Origin: Acidimicrobiales bacterium
GTDB taxonomy: Bacteria > Patescibacteriota > Minisyncoccia > Phycocordibacterales > UBA918
Reading direction: 5' to 3'
Assembly (NCBI GenBank): GCA_047638595.1
Contig: JBLIMJ010000002.1
Span: 640-64,639 of the forward strand
DNA: 64,000 bases
The notes below the pieces were generated by a model that was not told the DNA's origin, did no database searches, and saw only the letters and a program-made list of their open reading frames with translations. Positions within the stretch are counted from its first letter, which is position 1, and every line of letters starts with the position of its first letter. The position numbers and the translations under genes are program-made. Below are positions 47,368-57,904 of the stretch, piece by piece.

Positions 47368-47972
47368 ATGTTATCAATGACGTTACGTAATGCGGCGCTG
47401 GACCGTAACATAAACTGACCAGGTTCACGCACAGGGTCAATGTTCACAATGGACTTCATTTGTACGTACCGTATGTCTGTAACAGAACTCGTTGCAGTTG
47501 CAAGGACACCATTAGTATCGAAGTATGAAAATGTTGATGTCCCTTGAATAAGGTTCTGTACATATTCTGAAAGGATGTGCGTTTCGTCAGGTAACGAGGT
47601 GTCATATATCGGACTAGTAGCATTTGCATTATATATTCGTTTTGTGAGGACTGTTGAAGTCGCCAGTTCATACTCGACATACTCGACACTATCATCTCTA
47701 TCGATATCACTATAGAAACCAATGATATGATCTTCCATACGTGCAAGGGGAAAAGTACCATCATCCGCAAACGTCATTTCTCGCACATCTTGTGTCAGCT
47801 GTTGTACACCTATACGTGCATTATACACTTGATACGATTGTGCAATCGTATATGCATTAACTTTATAAAAAGAAGCAATGCTATTACTCACTGCTAACAT
47901 CAATATCGTATACAAAGAAACTACCACTATCATTTCTACAAACGTCATTCCTTTTTTGGTATGAGTATACAT
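47364..47972 (-). CDS. type IV pilin-like protein (prepilin N-terminal methylation motif)
   Basis: KKGMTFVEMIVVVSL. Confidence 0.65.
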   Translation of the reverse strand: MYTHTKKGMTFVEMIVVVSLYTILMLAVSNSIASFYKVNAYTIAQSYQVYNARIGVQQLTQDVREMTFADDGTFPLARMEDHIIGFYSDIDRDDSVEYVEYELATSTVLTKRIYNANATSPIYDTSLPDETHILSEYVQNLIQGTSTFSYFDTNGVLATATSSVTDIRYVQMKSIVNIDPVREPGQFMLRSSAALRNVIDNI

Positions 47973-47973
47973 A

Positions 47974-49764
47974 TTAATTAAGAATCACTGTCACTGTACT
48001 ACTACTGTTTATCGTAGTGCTTGCAGTTACTTCTGTAGTGTAACCAGTAGCATCAACGGTTAGAGTGTAGTCGTCAGCGTCATACAAGCCACTACTAAAG
48101 TACGTTTGGCCACATAACGAAGTGGTATCTGTTTGATCAACACTAGTATTTTCTAACCGCACGGTTGCATCTGGGATAGGTGTCCCATCTATTTCCTGTA
48201 CTAAAACACGTAATAATTGTGGAGTCGCTGCGCTGAGTGTGAACTGTACCGTCTCTGATGTATCAGGATTGAGATATAATGGCGAAGGAGCGCATACCTC
48301 CAGTACGTTATATCCTTCAGTAAGTACCTCAATATCATAGATGTCCCATTCAATATCAGAAACATTCCATTCTCCATCACCATCAGTTACACCTGTATTT
48401 TGATATTTTAAAATAGGTTTTGCAGTAGCATCAGTTCCGATAATTTTATCTCCAGCAATACTCAGTTGTATGTCACTGATTGAAGACTGTGCTTGCACAT
48501 ACGACAATGCCCACTGATGAAGCTGGGGTGTGTATGCAGTATCTGTTGTACTCAAAGTAGTCTGTAATGCAAGCGTATTGTAGGTCGCTACTGAAAGACC
48601 AGTCAGGTCCACAGGCGAATATGTGAAACCAATACTATTACCTGGCAAGTCCACATCAGGAACAAATGCTAAGCCACCTCCATTGTCATACAGGAGTGAT
48701 ACAGTTGCTGTAGTGGATGCTGAAGTGCTTGCTTGGAATGTGGCTGCGTACCATGATGTAATAGCGCCGGGAGCTGTACTGGTGCTCACTGCAGTCCCTG
48801 GTGTCCGATAGACACCTACATCATCACTCAATACTAATGAACCTCCAGAGACGGTGGTGCTTGGTACACTTGTTAAAAGTGAGGCGTCAGTAAAAATATC
48901 AATAAACGAACCATATGTAGGGAGCCCTACGGTCGTCACCAGTATGTCACTCAACTCATCAATCTGAAAGTTCATCGTTGATATCTGACTTTCAAGTACT
49001 GCAACAGGTAATGTGACAGGATTTGGGTTTGATGTTGTCGCTACATAAGTTCCATCTGTTGAATACCCACTATCAGTAACGGTGATTTGGTAGTTTGCAG
49101 CGGCAGGTGCTCCTGATAAATATGTGATGCCATTCAGATCCGTATAACGAAGCGTATCTATGGTAGACGTAGTAGTATCATTAAAAAATCGAACTTCCGC
49201 TCCTGACAGTGGCAATACGTTTGCATTAAACACATTCACACGAATGGTTCCTCCACCTGCAGTGGTCTCAATACTGGGAGGAACAATATTTGACACTAAT
49301 GCAGCAGTATCATTTTTCCCACGAAGGTCCCATGAATATTCAACTTTAATTTGTTTATAGTCAGCTAAAATACCGTTGCTATCAGCACCACCTATACCAT
49401 CAGCAACATCGTCAACATATTGAATCAAGATACGTTCGTTATACACGATACCATTGAGTGTTGTGGTGCTCGTTTGTGCAATATTCCCATTTGGCACCCC
49501 AGCAATGGTCCCGACATTGTTGTACGGCAAAGAACGAATATATTCCATCTTTTCAGACATAAGTGCCAATGCCCCAGCCTGCGCCTTCGACTTCCCAATC
49601 AGCTGCAGCATAAGTTGAAAACCTCCAAACAGCCCTCCAAACACAAGGGTAAAGATTGCAATAGTGACCAGTATTTCTACAAATGTGAAGCCTCTGTGTT
49701 GTGCACGTCCATAAAGAGAAAAATATCCCTTTTTTTCCTTACTAAAATACCCAACATTTTTCAT
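47974..49764 (-). CDS. large (596 aa) Thr/Ser-rich pilin-like protein with prepilin-type N-terminus
   Basis: RGFTFVEILVTIAIF; long T/S-rich repetitive body. Confidence 0.65.
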   Translation of the reverse strand: MKNVGYFSKEKKGYFSLYGRAQHRGFTFVEILVTIAIFTLVFGGLFGGFQLMLQLIGKSKAQAGALALMSEKMEYIRSLPYNNVGTIAGVPNGNIAQTSTTTLNGIVYNERILIQYVDDVADGIGGADSNGILADYKQIKVEYSWDLRGKNDTAALVSNIVPPSIETTAGGGTIRVNVFNANVLPLSGAEVRFFNDTTTSTIDTLRYTDLNGITYLSGAPAAANYQITVTDSGYSTDGTYVATTSNPNPVTLPVAVLESQISTMNFQIDELSDILVTTVGLPTYGSFIDIFTDASLLTSVPSTTVSGGSLVLSDDVGVYRTPGTAVSTSTAPGAITSWYAATFQASTSASTTATVSLLYDNGGGLAFVPDVDLPGNSIGFTYSPVDLTGLSVATYNTLALQTTLSTTDTAYTPQLHQWALSYVQAQSSISDIQLSIAGDKIIGTDATAKPILKYQNTGVTDGDGEWNVSDIEWDIYDIEVLTEGYNVLEVCAPSPLYLNPDTSETVQFTLSAATPQLLRVLVQEIDGTPIPDATVRLENTSVDQTDTTSLCGQTYFSSGLYDADDYTLTVDATGYTTEVTASTTINSSSTVTVILN

Positions 49765-49768
49765 GATG

Positions 49769-50995
49769 TTAAATACTGTCTCCTATTGAATAAATTGGTG
49801 CAATCATCGCCAATGCAAAGAAACCAACTGAGGCTCCAATAAACACCATTAGGACTGGTTCAATAATAGTTGAGAGATCTTTTGTTTTTTGTTCGACCTC
49901 TGTCTCATAAAAAATCGCAAGTTCCTTGAGCATTTTTGAAATACCTCCCGTTTCTTCTCCAACTAAAATCATCTCGCCCATAAGTACCGGGTATAAATCA
50001 TCTCGTTCGATAAACACTTCCGAAAGTGCGGTACCTTTTTCAACTCGCTTCGCAGCTTCAGCGATAATCTGTTTGTAAAAATGATTCTGTACGACTTCTT
50101 GCGTAATAGTTAACGCTCGAATTACATCAACCCCTGCGGATAAAAGTGAGGAGAGTGTACGCGCAGTACGTGCAGCATTTGTTTCTTTTGCCATAGTCCC
50201 AATAATCGGCAAACGCGGTATTATCCACGAGGTAGTAATCCTCCCGTAGCGAGTTCGTAGTGCATATATAAAGCCAACAATAAACGACACCATACCCACG
50301 AGTACAAGTACTGTATGGGCCACCATAAATTTACTTATAGCCATCAACGCCTGAGTAGTCGCCGGTAAATCCGTCTCTAGACTTTCGAAGGTTCCCGTAA
50401 TTGAAGGCATAACATAAATCATCATCAGGATTCCAATGATAACCAGAATGGTAATCACTATAATTGGATAAATCATTGCCCCTTTGATTCTTTTCCGTAA
50501 AGAGGATGATCGTTCCATTTGCACACTCAATGTCTGCAATGCTTCTGACATACCGCCACTCTCTTCACCTGCGCGAATCATCGCAACATATAGGTTATTA
50601 AATATTTTCGGATGTCGTGCGAGCGCAGCGTTAAACTGTTCCCCCTTATTGATCTGAGCAGACACATCTTTCATAACACCTTTCAAACGAGGGTTCTTAC
50701 TTTGTCGTTCTATCACAGATAACGATCGCGACAGGGGGAGACCTGCCACGAGCATCGAACCGAGATTACGTGTCACCATAACCAGTTCATCATCTTTTAC
50801 TCGACTGATTGCGTACTCAATTTTCTCGATATTAAGTAACGTCTTAATATCGAATTTTTTTGTTTCACCAATAGATGCAACGGTATGTCCCGCGACACGT
50901 GCTACCTCGTACACTGAAAACCTATCTGCCGCGTCAACAGTCTTGGTGACTTTTGTTCCATCTTTATCTTCTGCTGTGTAAGTAAACTTTGGCAT
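49769..50995 (-). CDS. pilC: type IV pilus assembly platform protein PilC/GspF family (start at MPKFTYTAEDKDG)
   Basis: two GspF domains, 3 TM. Confidence 0.85.
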   Translation of the reverse strand: MPKFTYTAEDKDGTKVTKTVDAADRFSVYEVARVAGHTVASIGETKKFDIKTLLNIEKIEYAISRVKDDELVMVTRNLGSMLVAGLPLSRSLSVIERQSKNPRLKGVMKDVSAQINKGEQFNAALARHPKIFNNLYVAMIRAGEESGGMSEALQTLSVQMERSSSLRKRIKGAMIYPIIVITILVIIGILMMIYVMPSITGTFESLETDLPATTQALMAISKFMVAHTVLVLVGMVSFIVGFIYALRTRYGRITTSWIIPRLPIIGTMAKETNAARTARTLSSLLSAGVDVIRALTITQEVVQNHFYKQIIAEAAKRVEKGTALSEVFIERDDLYPVLMGEMILVGEETGGISKMLKELAIFYETEVEQKTKDLSTIIEPVLMVFIGASVGFFALAMIAPIYSIGDSI

Positions 50996-50996
50996 A

Positions 50997-52751
50997 TTAT
51001 TCATTAATGACACGTAAGACTTCCTCGATGGTTGTGATACCCAAAGCTGCTTTATAGATACCATCTTCCAACATCGTCAACATTCCCTCTTTCTTTGCTT
51101 GTTCCTCGATTTGATCAGAGGTTCCTTTTGCCATAACAAGCTCTTTTATAGTTGGGGTAAAGGGAAGTATTTCATGAATACCCACACGCCCTTTATATCC
51201 TTCCTCCGCACCTACACTTTCCCCTGCATGATAAAATGGCACACTGTTCCAAGTCGAACGTGATTTAATAATCTTTTCTTCTTTCAATACATCTAAAATT
51301 TTATCGAGATCTACATGTTTGGATAGTTCAGCTTTTTCATTGGAGGAAAGGGTATAAGGTTCCTTGAGATTATCATTTACCTTTCGTACAAGTCGTTGTC
51401 CTACTGCAACACGAAGTGTGGAAACCATAAGAAATGATTCCACCCCCATATCCACTAAGCGAGCGACTGTTCCTGAAGCGGAGTTCGTATGCACTGTTGC
51501 TAAAACCAAGTGTCCTGTGAGTGCAGCGTTAATCGCAAGACTCGCGGTTTCTTGATCACGAATTTCCCCCACCATAATAATGTCGGGGTCTTGCCGCATC
51601 AGCGATCGTAAACCAGAAGAGAAGGTAAATCCTATTTCAGACTTTACCTGTGTTTGGTTAATTCGCGGCATCTGATACTCAATCGGGTCCTCAATAGTTG
51701 AAATATTTACCTCAGGAGTATTAAGGAGATCAAGAACGGTATACAAAGTAGTAGTCTTACCTGACCCTGTTGGTCCGGTAACCAGAATAATTCCTGTGGT
51801 TTGTCGCATTGTGTCTTGCAGTCGCTCTAGTGTCGAACCGTGAAAACCAACACCTTCAAGTGAGTACCCCGAACGATTCTCTCGCAACAGACGAGTCACA
51901 ATCTTTTCTCCATAGAAAATAGGAAGTACCGAAACTCGGAATGATACTTTCTGACCATCCATTTCCATTTTAAAACGTCCATCTTGCGGAAGACGTTTCT
52001 CGTCAAGCTTCAAGTTTGAAAGTACTTTGATACGTGCAGCAATCGTCGGCGCTGCATGCTTTGGTAATGTCATTGCATCGTGCAAAATACCATCGATACG
52101 ATACCGGACCAGCACTTGTTCCTCCATCGGCTCAATATGGATATCCGATGCTCCTTGAATTATGGCATGTCGTAAAAGTGTATCCACAATACGCACTACA
52201 GGAAGATCTTCTGCCATCTTTTTGAGATCCTCCTCACTGACGTCATCACCTCCTTCATCAGCAATGACCTTCAATGATGAAGACTCTTTGGCAATAATAT
52301 CGCCAAATTCATCTTTGAGTGTTTTCTGGTACTGGAGCAACGCATGACGCATTGAGTCTGTGTCAGTCAGACGAGGAAGAATTTTTAATCCTACTTTTTT
52401 CTTTATAAAATCAATAGCAGGGAGATCGGCAGTATCAAGCATTGCGACCTCAAGAGAAGTCTCGCTTTTCTTAAAAGCAATGATGTTGTGGTTGCGGGCA
52501 ACAGGTTCAGGGATAAGCGAAAGAATATCAAAGTTAATTTTTGTGTCTTTAAGAGACACAAAAGGTATACCAAGTACATACGACTCGACTCGACGTAGGT
52601 CGTCTTCAGTCATGTATCCTCCAGCAATAAGAGCCTCAGCAAGAGTTCGTTTTTCTTCAACCGCAATCTTTGAAGCTGCCACAAGGTCCTTTTTAGGCAC
52701 CAAGCCAGCATCAGTCACGAATCGTTTTAATTGATCATCTTGTATGCGCAT
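50997..52751 (-). CDS. pilB: type IV pilus assembly ATPase PilB/GspE family
   Basis: GPTGSGKTTTLY Walker A, Asp box, His box; N-terminal GSPII domain. Confidence 0.9.
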   Translation of the reverse strand: MRIQDDQLKRFVTDAGLVPKKDLVAASKIAVEEKRTLAEALIAGGYMTEDDLRRVESYVLGIPFVSLKDTKINFDILSLIPEPVARNHNIIAFKKSETSLEVAMLDTADLPAIDFIKKKVGLKILPRLTDTDSMRHALLQYQKTLKDEFGDIIAKESSSLKVIADEGGDDVSEEDLKKMAEDLPVVRIVDTLLRHAIIQGASDIHIEPMEEQVLVRYRIDGILHDAMTLPKHAAPTIAARIKVLSNLKLDEKRLPQDGRFKMEMDGQKVSFRVSVLPIFYGEKIVTRLLRENRSGYSLEGVGFHGSTLERLQDTMRQTTGIILVTGPTGSGKTTTLYTVLDLLNTPEVNISTIEDPIEYQMPRINQTQVKSEIGFTFSSGLRSLMRQDPDIIMVGEIRDQETASLAINAALTGHLVLATVHTNSASGTVARLVDMGVESFLMVSTLRVAVGQRLVRKVNDNLKEPYTLSSNEKAELSKHVDLDKILDVLKEEKIIKSRSTWNSVPFYHAGESVGAEEGYKGRVGIHEILPFTPTIKELVMAKGTSDQIEEQAKKEGMLTMLEDGIYKAALGITTIEEVLRVINE

Positions 52752-53022
52752 ATCTAGACGTGATTACATAAAACACACTGATAAAAAGAAGAATACCCAT
52801 CCCGACCCGTCGATAACCAAAATCCATCAAAAAAACTGCTAAAATTCTTTACCATACTAATGTACAGATCATAATTTATATCAGTTTTTTTACTCATATT
52901 TTGCATATCTTTATGTGTCGGGTTTTTGTAACCACATCTAAAAAGAACCTCCAAACATATCCCGTTCTTGCTATTTATTATACCGCACGCCCCTCGAGAA
53001 ATACCTCTCACCAATACACATA

Positions 53023-53052
53023 ATAAAACCCCCGGGAATAGTTCCGGGGGTT
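53023..53052 (-). terminator. AAAACCCCCGG-GAATAGTT-CCGGGGGTTTTT
   Basis: read from sequence. Confidence 0.65.
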
Positions 53053-53069
53053 TTTGCGCATACGGCGCT

Positions 53070-53963
53070 TTATTGTTCGGCGACGGCTTGTGCAACAAGC
53101 CGATCAATCTGCTGTTCAACCTGCTCGGTGAGAACAATAGATTGTCTGAAGTGTGCAGGTCGTGCCCGTGGGCGAGGTGACTGCTTTAGTGCAGATTCTG
53201 TACCTCTTGAAGGACGAGCCTTCGGACGAGGTGAAACATACACCGCAGTCATGTTTTTGGTTGATACAACAACACGTTGTGCATGATGATCACCATAGAA
53301 TACATGGTTGCCAATTTTCCCAATTTGTGTCAAACGTCCAAAATATCCTTTTTGACGTTCGCATGCTTCGGGAACACAGTATGAATGAGCGCCTCGTGCT
53401 TCTTTAGGAGCACGGAAGATACCCATCTGGTACTGCGCGTACCACCACGTAGTGCGCCACAGAATTGCTTGACCTCCTTCTGTTGAGAGGTCTTCAACAT
53501 ACTCATCCCCCATTGCGTTGTATTGGAACAACTTTGGGTTTTTAGGGTATGGCTGCCATGCAACTGCATGAATGGTCGAAGGAAAGCGCTTGTCTGCAAT
53601 TCTCTGCAAGAGCGTTGCAAACACTGCTTTTTGTCCCTGTACCGATTCACCTCGTGACTCGCCATCGATAAGCTTTGCAACAGAGTATACGTTGTGCACA
53701 TGTGGCATAACCATATACATAGTCGCAAGCGCAATGGCGATTGTTGCGAACACCGCAAACGTCCATGCCCGAATATCAACACTCCACTTCGCCAAATTGA
53801 CAAAGAGTCGAACGATTTCATGACCAAGCGGGATAAGAATCCCTTTGATTATAAATCGTCCAAGACGATATCCAGCAATTCCGATACCGCGGAGCGATAT
53901 ATGATTTGCCGTAGTTTGAAGTGTGTGACGGCTCACCGTCATCATTTTTTGAACCAATTTCAT
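53070..53963 (-). CDS. membrane-anchored cell-wall hydrolase (SleB/CwlJ Hydrolase_2-like domain) with C-terminal SPRPxARP repeats
   Basis: GESRGESVQGQKAVFATLLQRIADKRFPSTIHAVAWQPYP..QYNAM. Confidence 0.55.
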   Translation of the reverse strand: MKLVQKMMTVSRHTLQTTANHISLRGIGIAGYRLGRFIIKGILIPLGHEIVRLFVNLAKWSVDIRAWTFAVFATIAIALATMYMVMPHVHNVYSVAKLIDGESRGESVQGQKAVFATLLQRIADKRFPSTIHAVAWQPYPKNPKLFQYNAMGDEYVEDLSTEGGQAILWRTTWWYAQYQMGIFRAPKEARGAHSYCVPEACERQKGYFGRLTQIGKIGNHVFYGDHHAQRVVVSTKNMTAVYVSPRPKARPSRGTESALKQSPRPRARPAHFRQSIVLTEQVEQQIDRLVAQAVAEQ

Positions 53964-54222
53964 CGGTTTCTTCCTTTTTCTGCCTCAGGTTTAATTTTCT
54001 TAGAACATTACCTCTTTGGGTAACTCTTTATATAATAGCATAAATATACACTTTTGTCAATGTATTTACACCAAAATACGGCTTATTTACTGTGTTTAGT
54101 GCTTAAAATATCTATTAATTTACTGGAATTCTCCACATTACATTATTCGATGATAGCTAATAGTGTGCGTCTGGTATCCTACTTCATACAGTTCATTTCA
54201 GAAAAAATAATCTATACACTCT

Positions 54223-54293
54223 TTGACATCGCCTATATATAGGTATAAAGTAAGAGCATTGACTGATACGCGTGGTTCGAAAGAACCGCGCGT
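54223..54293 (+). promoter_or_regulatory. candidate promoter (TTGACA, 15 nt, TATAAA) and leader hairpin upstream of nusA
   Basis: read from sequence; spacing short. Confidence 0.35.
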
Positions 54294-54351
54294 TCTCCGT
54301 CTACATTAAAAATAACAGGGCTTGTCCTGTTCATAAATACAATTAAATAAT

Positions 54352-55848
54352 ATGTTTGACCTTAAAGTAATCCACTCCGTGTTAGGAGAGATGGAAGAAG
54401 AGCGTGGTGTTTCACGCGAAAAGATGATGGAGGCCATTGAACAGGCGCTTGCAACTGCATACAAGAAAGAATACGGAAAACGTGGACAAATCATCCGCGC
54501 TGCATTTGACCTAGATTCTGGTACAACAAATTTTGAACAATTGAAAACAGTGCTAGACGAGAGCATGTTGAAGCCTGATCTGGAAGATGGTGAAGAACCT
54601 GATCCAGAAGAAGAAGAGGCCCCTTCATTAGAGGATGGCGAGGTGCGTAAAGTACGATTTGACGCGGAAAAACACATCATGATCGACAATGCACGACTTA
54701 TTAAAAAAGATGTGGAACTTGCTGAGGAACTTATCTTCCCCCTAGAAGGAAAGGATGATTTCGGACGAATTGCAGCTCAAACTGCAAAGCAGGTAATCAT
54801 CCAGAAAATTCGTGAAGCTGAAAAGGAATCAGCAATGACTGAATTTGGACAAAAGGAGGGAGAAATCATCATGGGCCACACACAGCGATTCGAACGAGGT
54901 AATCTCTATGTTGATCTTGGTCGAGTAACTGCTGTAATGCCGTACGACGAACAAATTCCTGGAGAACGATTTCGACCAGGAGAACGAGTGCGTGCGACAC
55001 TTTTAAAAGTAGACGAAACTTCACGTGGTATTTTCCTTAAACTCTCACGAGCACATCCTGACTTTCTTGAAGGACTCTTTGCAGTAGAGACGCCTGAACT
55101 CCAAACGGGGGTAGTGGAAATCAAGGCAATTGCACGAGAAGCCGGAGCACGATCTAAGGTTGCAGTATACGCACATGATGACCACATTGATCCCGTTGGA
55201 TCACTTGTAGGACAGCGTGGTGTTCGTGTTTCAACTGTTATGAGTGAACTCGGGGGTGAAAAAATTGACATCATCGAATGGTCAGAGGACCCTATTTCAT
55301 TTATTGAAGATGCACTCTCACCAGCACAAGTACTTTCAGTAACTATTGAAAAAGAACCAACTGATGATGCTGACTTAGAGGATAATCGAGGGCACGCTAT
55401 TGTAGAAGTACAGCCTGACCAGCAATCTCTTGCTATCGGACGCGGCGGACAAAACGTACGTCTTGCAGCAAAACTTACTGGATGGAAGCTCGACATCATC
55501 TCTAACGCAGGTGAAGAACTAGCTGAAGCTGATGCTAGTGGAAAGGTGGATATTAAAGCTCCAGTGACTACAGAAGTCGGGGCCGACATCGATGCACTGG
55601 AAAGTGAAGACGCGACGACGACAAAACCAGAACTTCCGGAAGAAGATGAGGCTACAAACGACCGAGACCTTACCGATGAGAATCAAACAGAAGAAATCAA
55701 CGAAATTGATACTCCAGAGGAAGCTGAGGAACTAGTGGCGGAAGAAGCTAAAGCTGCTGAAGAAGAAATTGAGGCTGAAGTAGAGACAGGTGAAAAGAAA
55801 GAAGACGAAGAAGCTTCTGACGAAACTGTAGAAGAGACGAAGGAATAA
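54352..55848 (+). CDS. nusA: transcription termination/antitermination factor NusA with acidic insertion and long acidic C-terminal tail
   Basis: N-terminal domain, S1, two KH (GRGGQNVRLAAKLTGWKLDI). Confidence 0.9.
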   Translation: MFDLKVIHSVLGEMEEERGVSREKMMEAIEQALATAYKKEYGKRGQIIRAAFDLDSGTTNFEQLKTVLDESMLKPDLEDGEEPDPEEEEAPSLEDGEVRKVRFDAEKHIMIDNARLIKKDVELAEELIFPLEGKDDFGRIAAQTAKQVIIQKIREAEKESAMTEFGQKEGEIIMGHTQRFERGNLYVDLGRVTAVMPYDEQIPGERFRPGERVRATLLKVDETSRGIFLKLSRAHPDFLEGLFAVETPELQTGVVEIKAIAREAGARSKVAVYAHDDHIDPVGSLVGQRGVRVSTVMSELGGEKIDIIEWSEDPISFIEDALSPAQVLSVTIEKEPTDDADLEDNRGHAIVEVQPDQQSLAIGRGGQNVRLAAKLTGWKLDIISNAGEELAEADASGKVDIKAPVTTEVGADIDALESEDATTTKPELPEEDEATNDRDLTDENQTEEINEIDTPEEAEELVAEEAKAAEEEIEAEVETGEKKEDEEASDETVEETKE

Positions 55849-55913
55849 TACTTATCATCCTAATGCATAAAACACGTCATCCTTTAGGTGCCGTGTTTTA
55901 TGTCATGTGAATT

Positions 55914-55960
55914 AAACAGGTATATACCATAGTATATACTATGGTATATACCTGTTTTTA
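55914..55960 (+). terminator. perfect 21-bp-arm palindrome AAACAGGTATATACCATAGTATA/TACTATGGTATATACCTGTTT plus TTTT
   Basis: read from sequence. Confidence 0.7.
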
Positions 55961-56077
55961 AACTCTGTAATACAGAAAAGGCGCTCTATACTATCGCACA
56001 CAGTGCCTTTATTATGCGACTTCACGCACACGCGAAAATACGTTACGATATGCTCACTATAAGTATATACATTCACT

Positions 56078-56998
56078 ATGACTAAAGTTTTTGGACATCT
56101 ATCACCTGATACTGACGCAACATGCTCTGCGATTATTTGGACATGGTACTTAAACGAACACACCTCACAAGATGCAACAGCATATGTGCTGGGTGAACTC
56201 AATACTGAGACAGCATTTGTGCTCAATCACTGGAACGTAGCCGCTCCAGGAATCCTTGAAGATCTGACTGAAGGTGACGAAGTGGTAGTGGTAGATACAA
56301 ACAATCCGCAAGAACTTCCTGAAAATATTGCAGATGCTCAGATTGTGCAGATTATCGATCACCACAAACTCGTCGGGGGTCTTGCCACTTCCGGACCAGT
56401 AGATATTACGATGCGACCACTAGCATGTACCGCAACTGTCATGTACGACCTTATGGGAGAACATGCACAAACTATGCCAAAAGAAATTGTTGGTCTGATG
56501 CTCTCATGTATTCTTTCTGACACACTTGAATTCCGATCACCGACAACCACCCCTCATGATAAAGACGTGGCAGAAAAACTTGCAACAACTCTTGAAATAG
56601 ACCTTAGCTCATACGCAAGTGAGATGTTTGCAGCAAAATCTGATGTGTCTGAATTCTCTGATATTGGATTGGTTAAAATGGACAGCAAGAAATACGACGT
56701 CGGTGACAAAAATTTCCGAGTATCAGTGCTTGAAACAACAACTCCTGAAACTATCCTTACTCGAAAAGAAGGACTCATTGCTGCAATACAAGAATGTATC
56801 GCCACTGAAAACGATGTAGATGAAGTACTTCTCTTTGTAATTGACATCCTTAAAGAAGAAGCAACGGTGCTTACATACAATGATGTAACCAAGCAGGTCA
56901 TCGAAGCATCTTTCGGAGTTACCGTTGAAGGCGATACTGAGGTACTGCCAGGTATCATGTCTCGAAAGAAACAGATTCTCCCTTCTTTGAAAATGTAA
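56078..56998 (+). CDS. ppaC: manganese-dependent inorganic pyrophosphatase (family II, DHH-DHHA2)
   Basis: SPDTDATCSAI, DTNN, IIDHHK motifs; 306 aa. Confidence 0.8.
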   Translation: MTKVFGHLSPDTDATCSAIIWTWYLNEHTSQDATAYVLGELNTETAFVLNHWNVAAPGILEDLTEGDEVVVVDTNNPQELPENIADAQIVQIIDHHKLVGGLATSGPVDITMRPLACTATVMYDLMGEHAQTMPKEIVGLMLSCILSDTLEFRSPTTTPHDKDVAEKLATTLEIDLSSYASEMFAAKSDVSEFSDIGLVKMDSKKYDVGDKNFRVSVLETTTPETILTRKEGLIAAIQECIATENDVDEVLLFVIDILKEEATVLTYNDVTKQVIEASFGVTVEGDTEVLPGIMSRKKQILPSLKM

Positions 56999-57101
56999 TC
57001 TATCAACCTGCTGTGTATAGCCCGTCTTCCCCGAGGGAGGACGGGCTATACTATATATATGTAGGCGATGCCTCCACAATAAAATTTTTAACTAAAAAAG
57101 T

Positions 57102-57878
57102 ATGAATAATATAGGTACATCATTTTCAATTGTCAGTCTTGCTCTTTTGCTCACTTTCACAGGCTTTATCTTTGTTGCGCAAGCGCAAGAGACAGATACT
57201 GGCACAACACCGCAACAGCGTTACCAAGAACTCCGCGGTGGTGCAGAAGAAAAAAAAGCTAGTTTTGAAGCAAAACAAGTGGAACGAAAAGAAGAATTCC
57301 AAGCGAAAAAAGAGGAGAAACGCGCTGAGTTTGCCTCAAGCAGTGAGGATCGTAAAGAAGAAATGAAAGCTAAGAAAGAGGAGCGAAGAGCTGCCCTGAA
57401 TGAACGAGCTCAAGAACGAATTACAAAACTAGCAGCGAATGTTTCAAATAGAATGGAGGCTGCAGTGGCACGGATTCGTCAAATTATCACCAGGTTTGAA
57501 TCACGGGTTGATTCACTTTCTGAAAAGGGCATTGATACTGCCGCAGCACAAGCGGAGATAGACTCAGCTTCTGCATACCTAAATGCCGCAGAAGCTGCGC
57601 TTGCGGATATTGATAGTATGGTAGCTGAAGTTACTTCTTCAGAATCACCACGTGAAGCATGGGGAACTGCTCGAGAAACATACAAAGCAATCAAAGAAGA
57701 CTTAAAGGCAGCTCACCAAGCATTACGAAACTCAGTTACTCTACTGAAAGAAGCGGTGAGAGCAGCAGGTCTAGAACGAGGGTCAGGTGGTGCAGTACGA
57801 AACGAACGTAGTGACCGAAATGACAGTACGGAAGATTCAGACATCGATACTGTAGACGATGACACAACCACAGAATAA
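57102..57878 (+). CDS. secreted coiled-coil protein with KEE/RAE repeats
   Basis: signal peptide; repeated K(K/E)EE(K/R)RA motifs. Confidence 0.5.
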   Translation: MNNIGTSFSIVSLALLLTFTGFIFVAQAQETDTGTTPQQRYQELRGGAEEKKASFEAKQVERKEEFQAKKEEKRAEFASSSEDRKEEMKAKKEERRAALNERAQERITKLAANVSNRMEAAVARIRQIITRFESRVDSLSEKGIDTAAAQAEIDSASAYLNAAEAALADIDSMVAEVTSSESPREAWGTARETYKAIKEDLKAAHQALRNSVTLLKEAVRAAGLERGSGGAVRNERSDRNDSTEDSDIDTVDDDTTTE

Positions 57879-57904
57879 TTAATTAAAAATATAATAATAT
57901 AATT

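Noticed and set aside
52754-53137. 127-aa minus-strand ORF
   Set aside because: Overlaps the terminator at 53023-53052 and the 3-prime end of the hydrolase gene; no RBS; composition atypical; likely intergenic.
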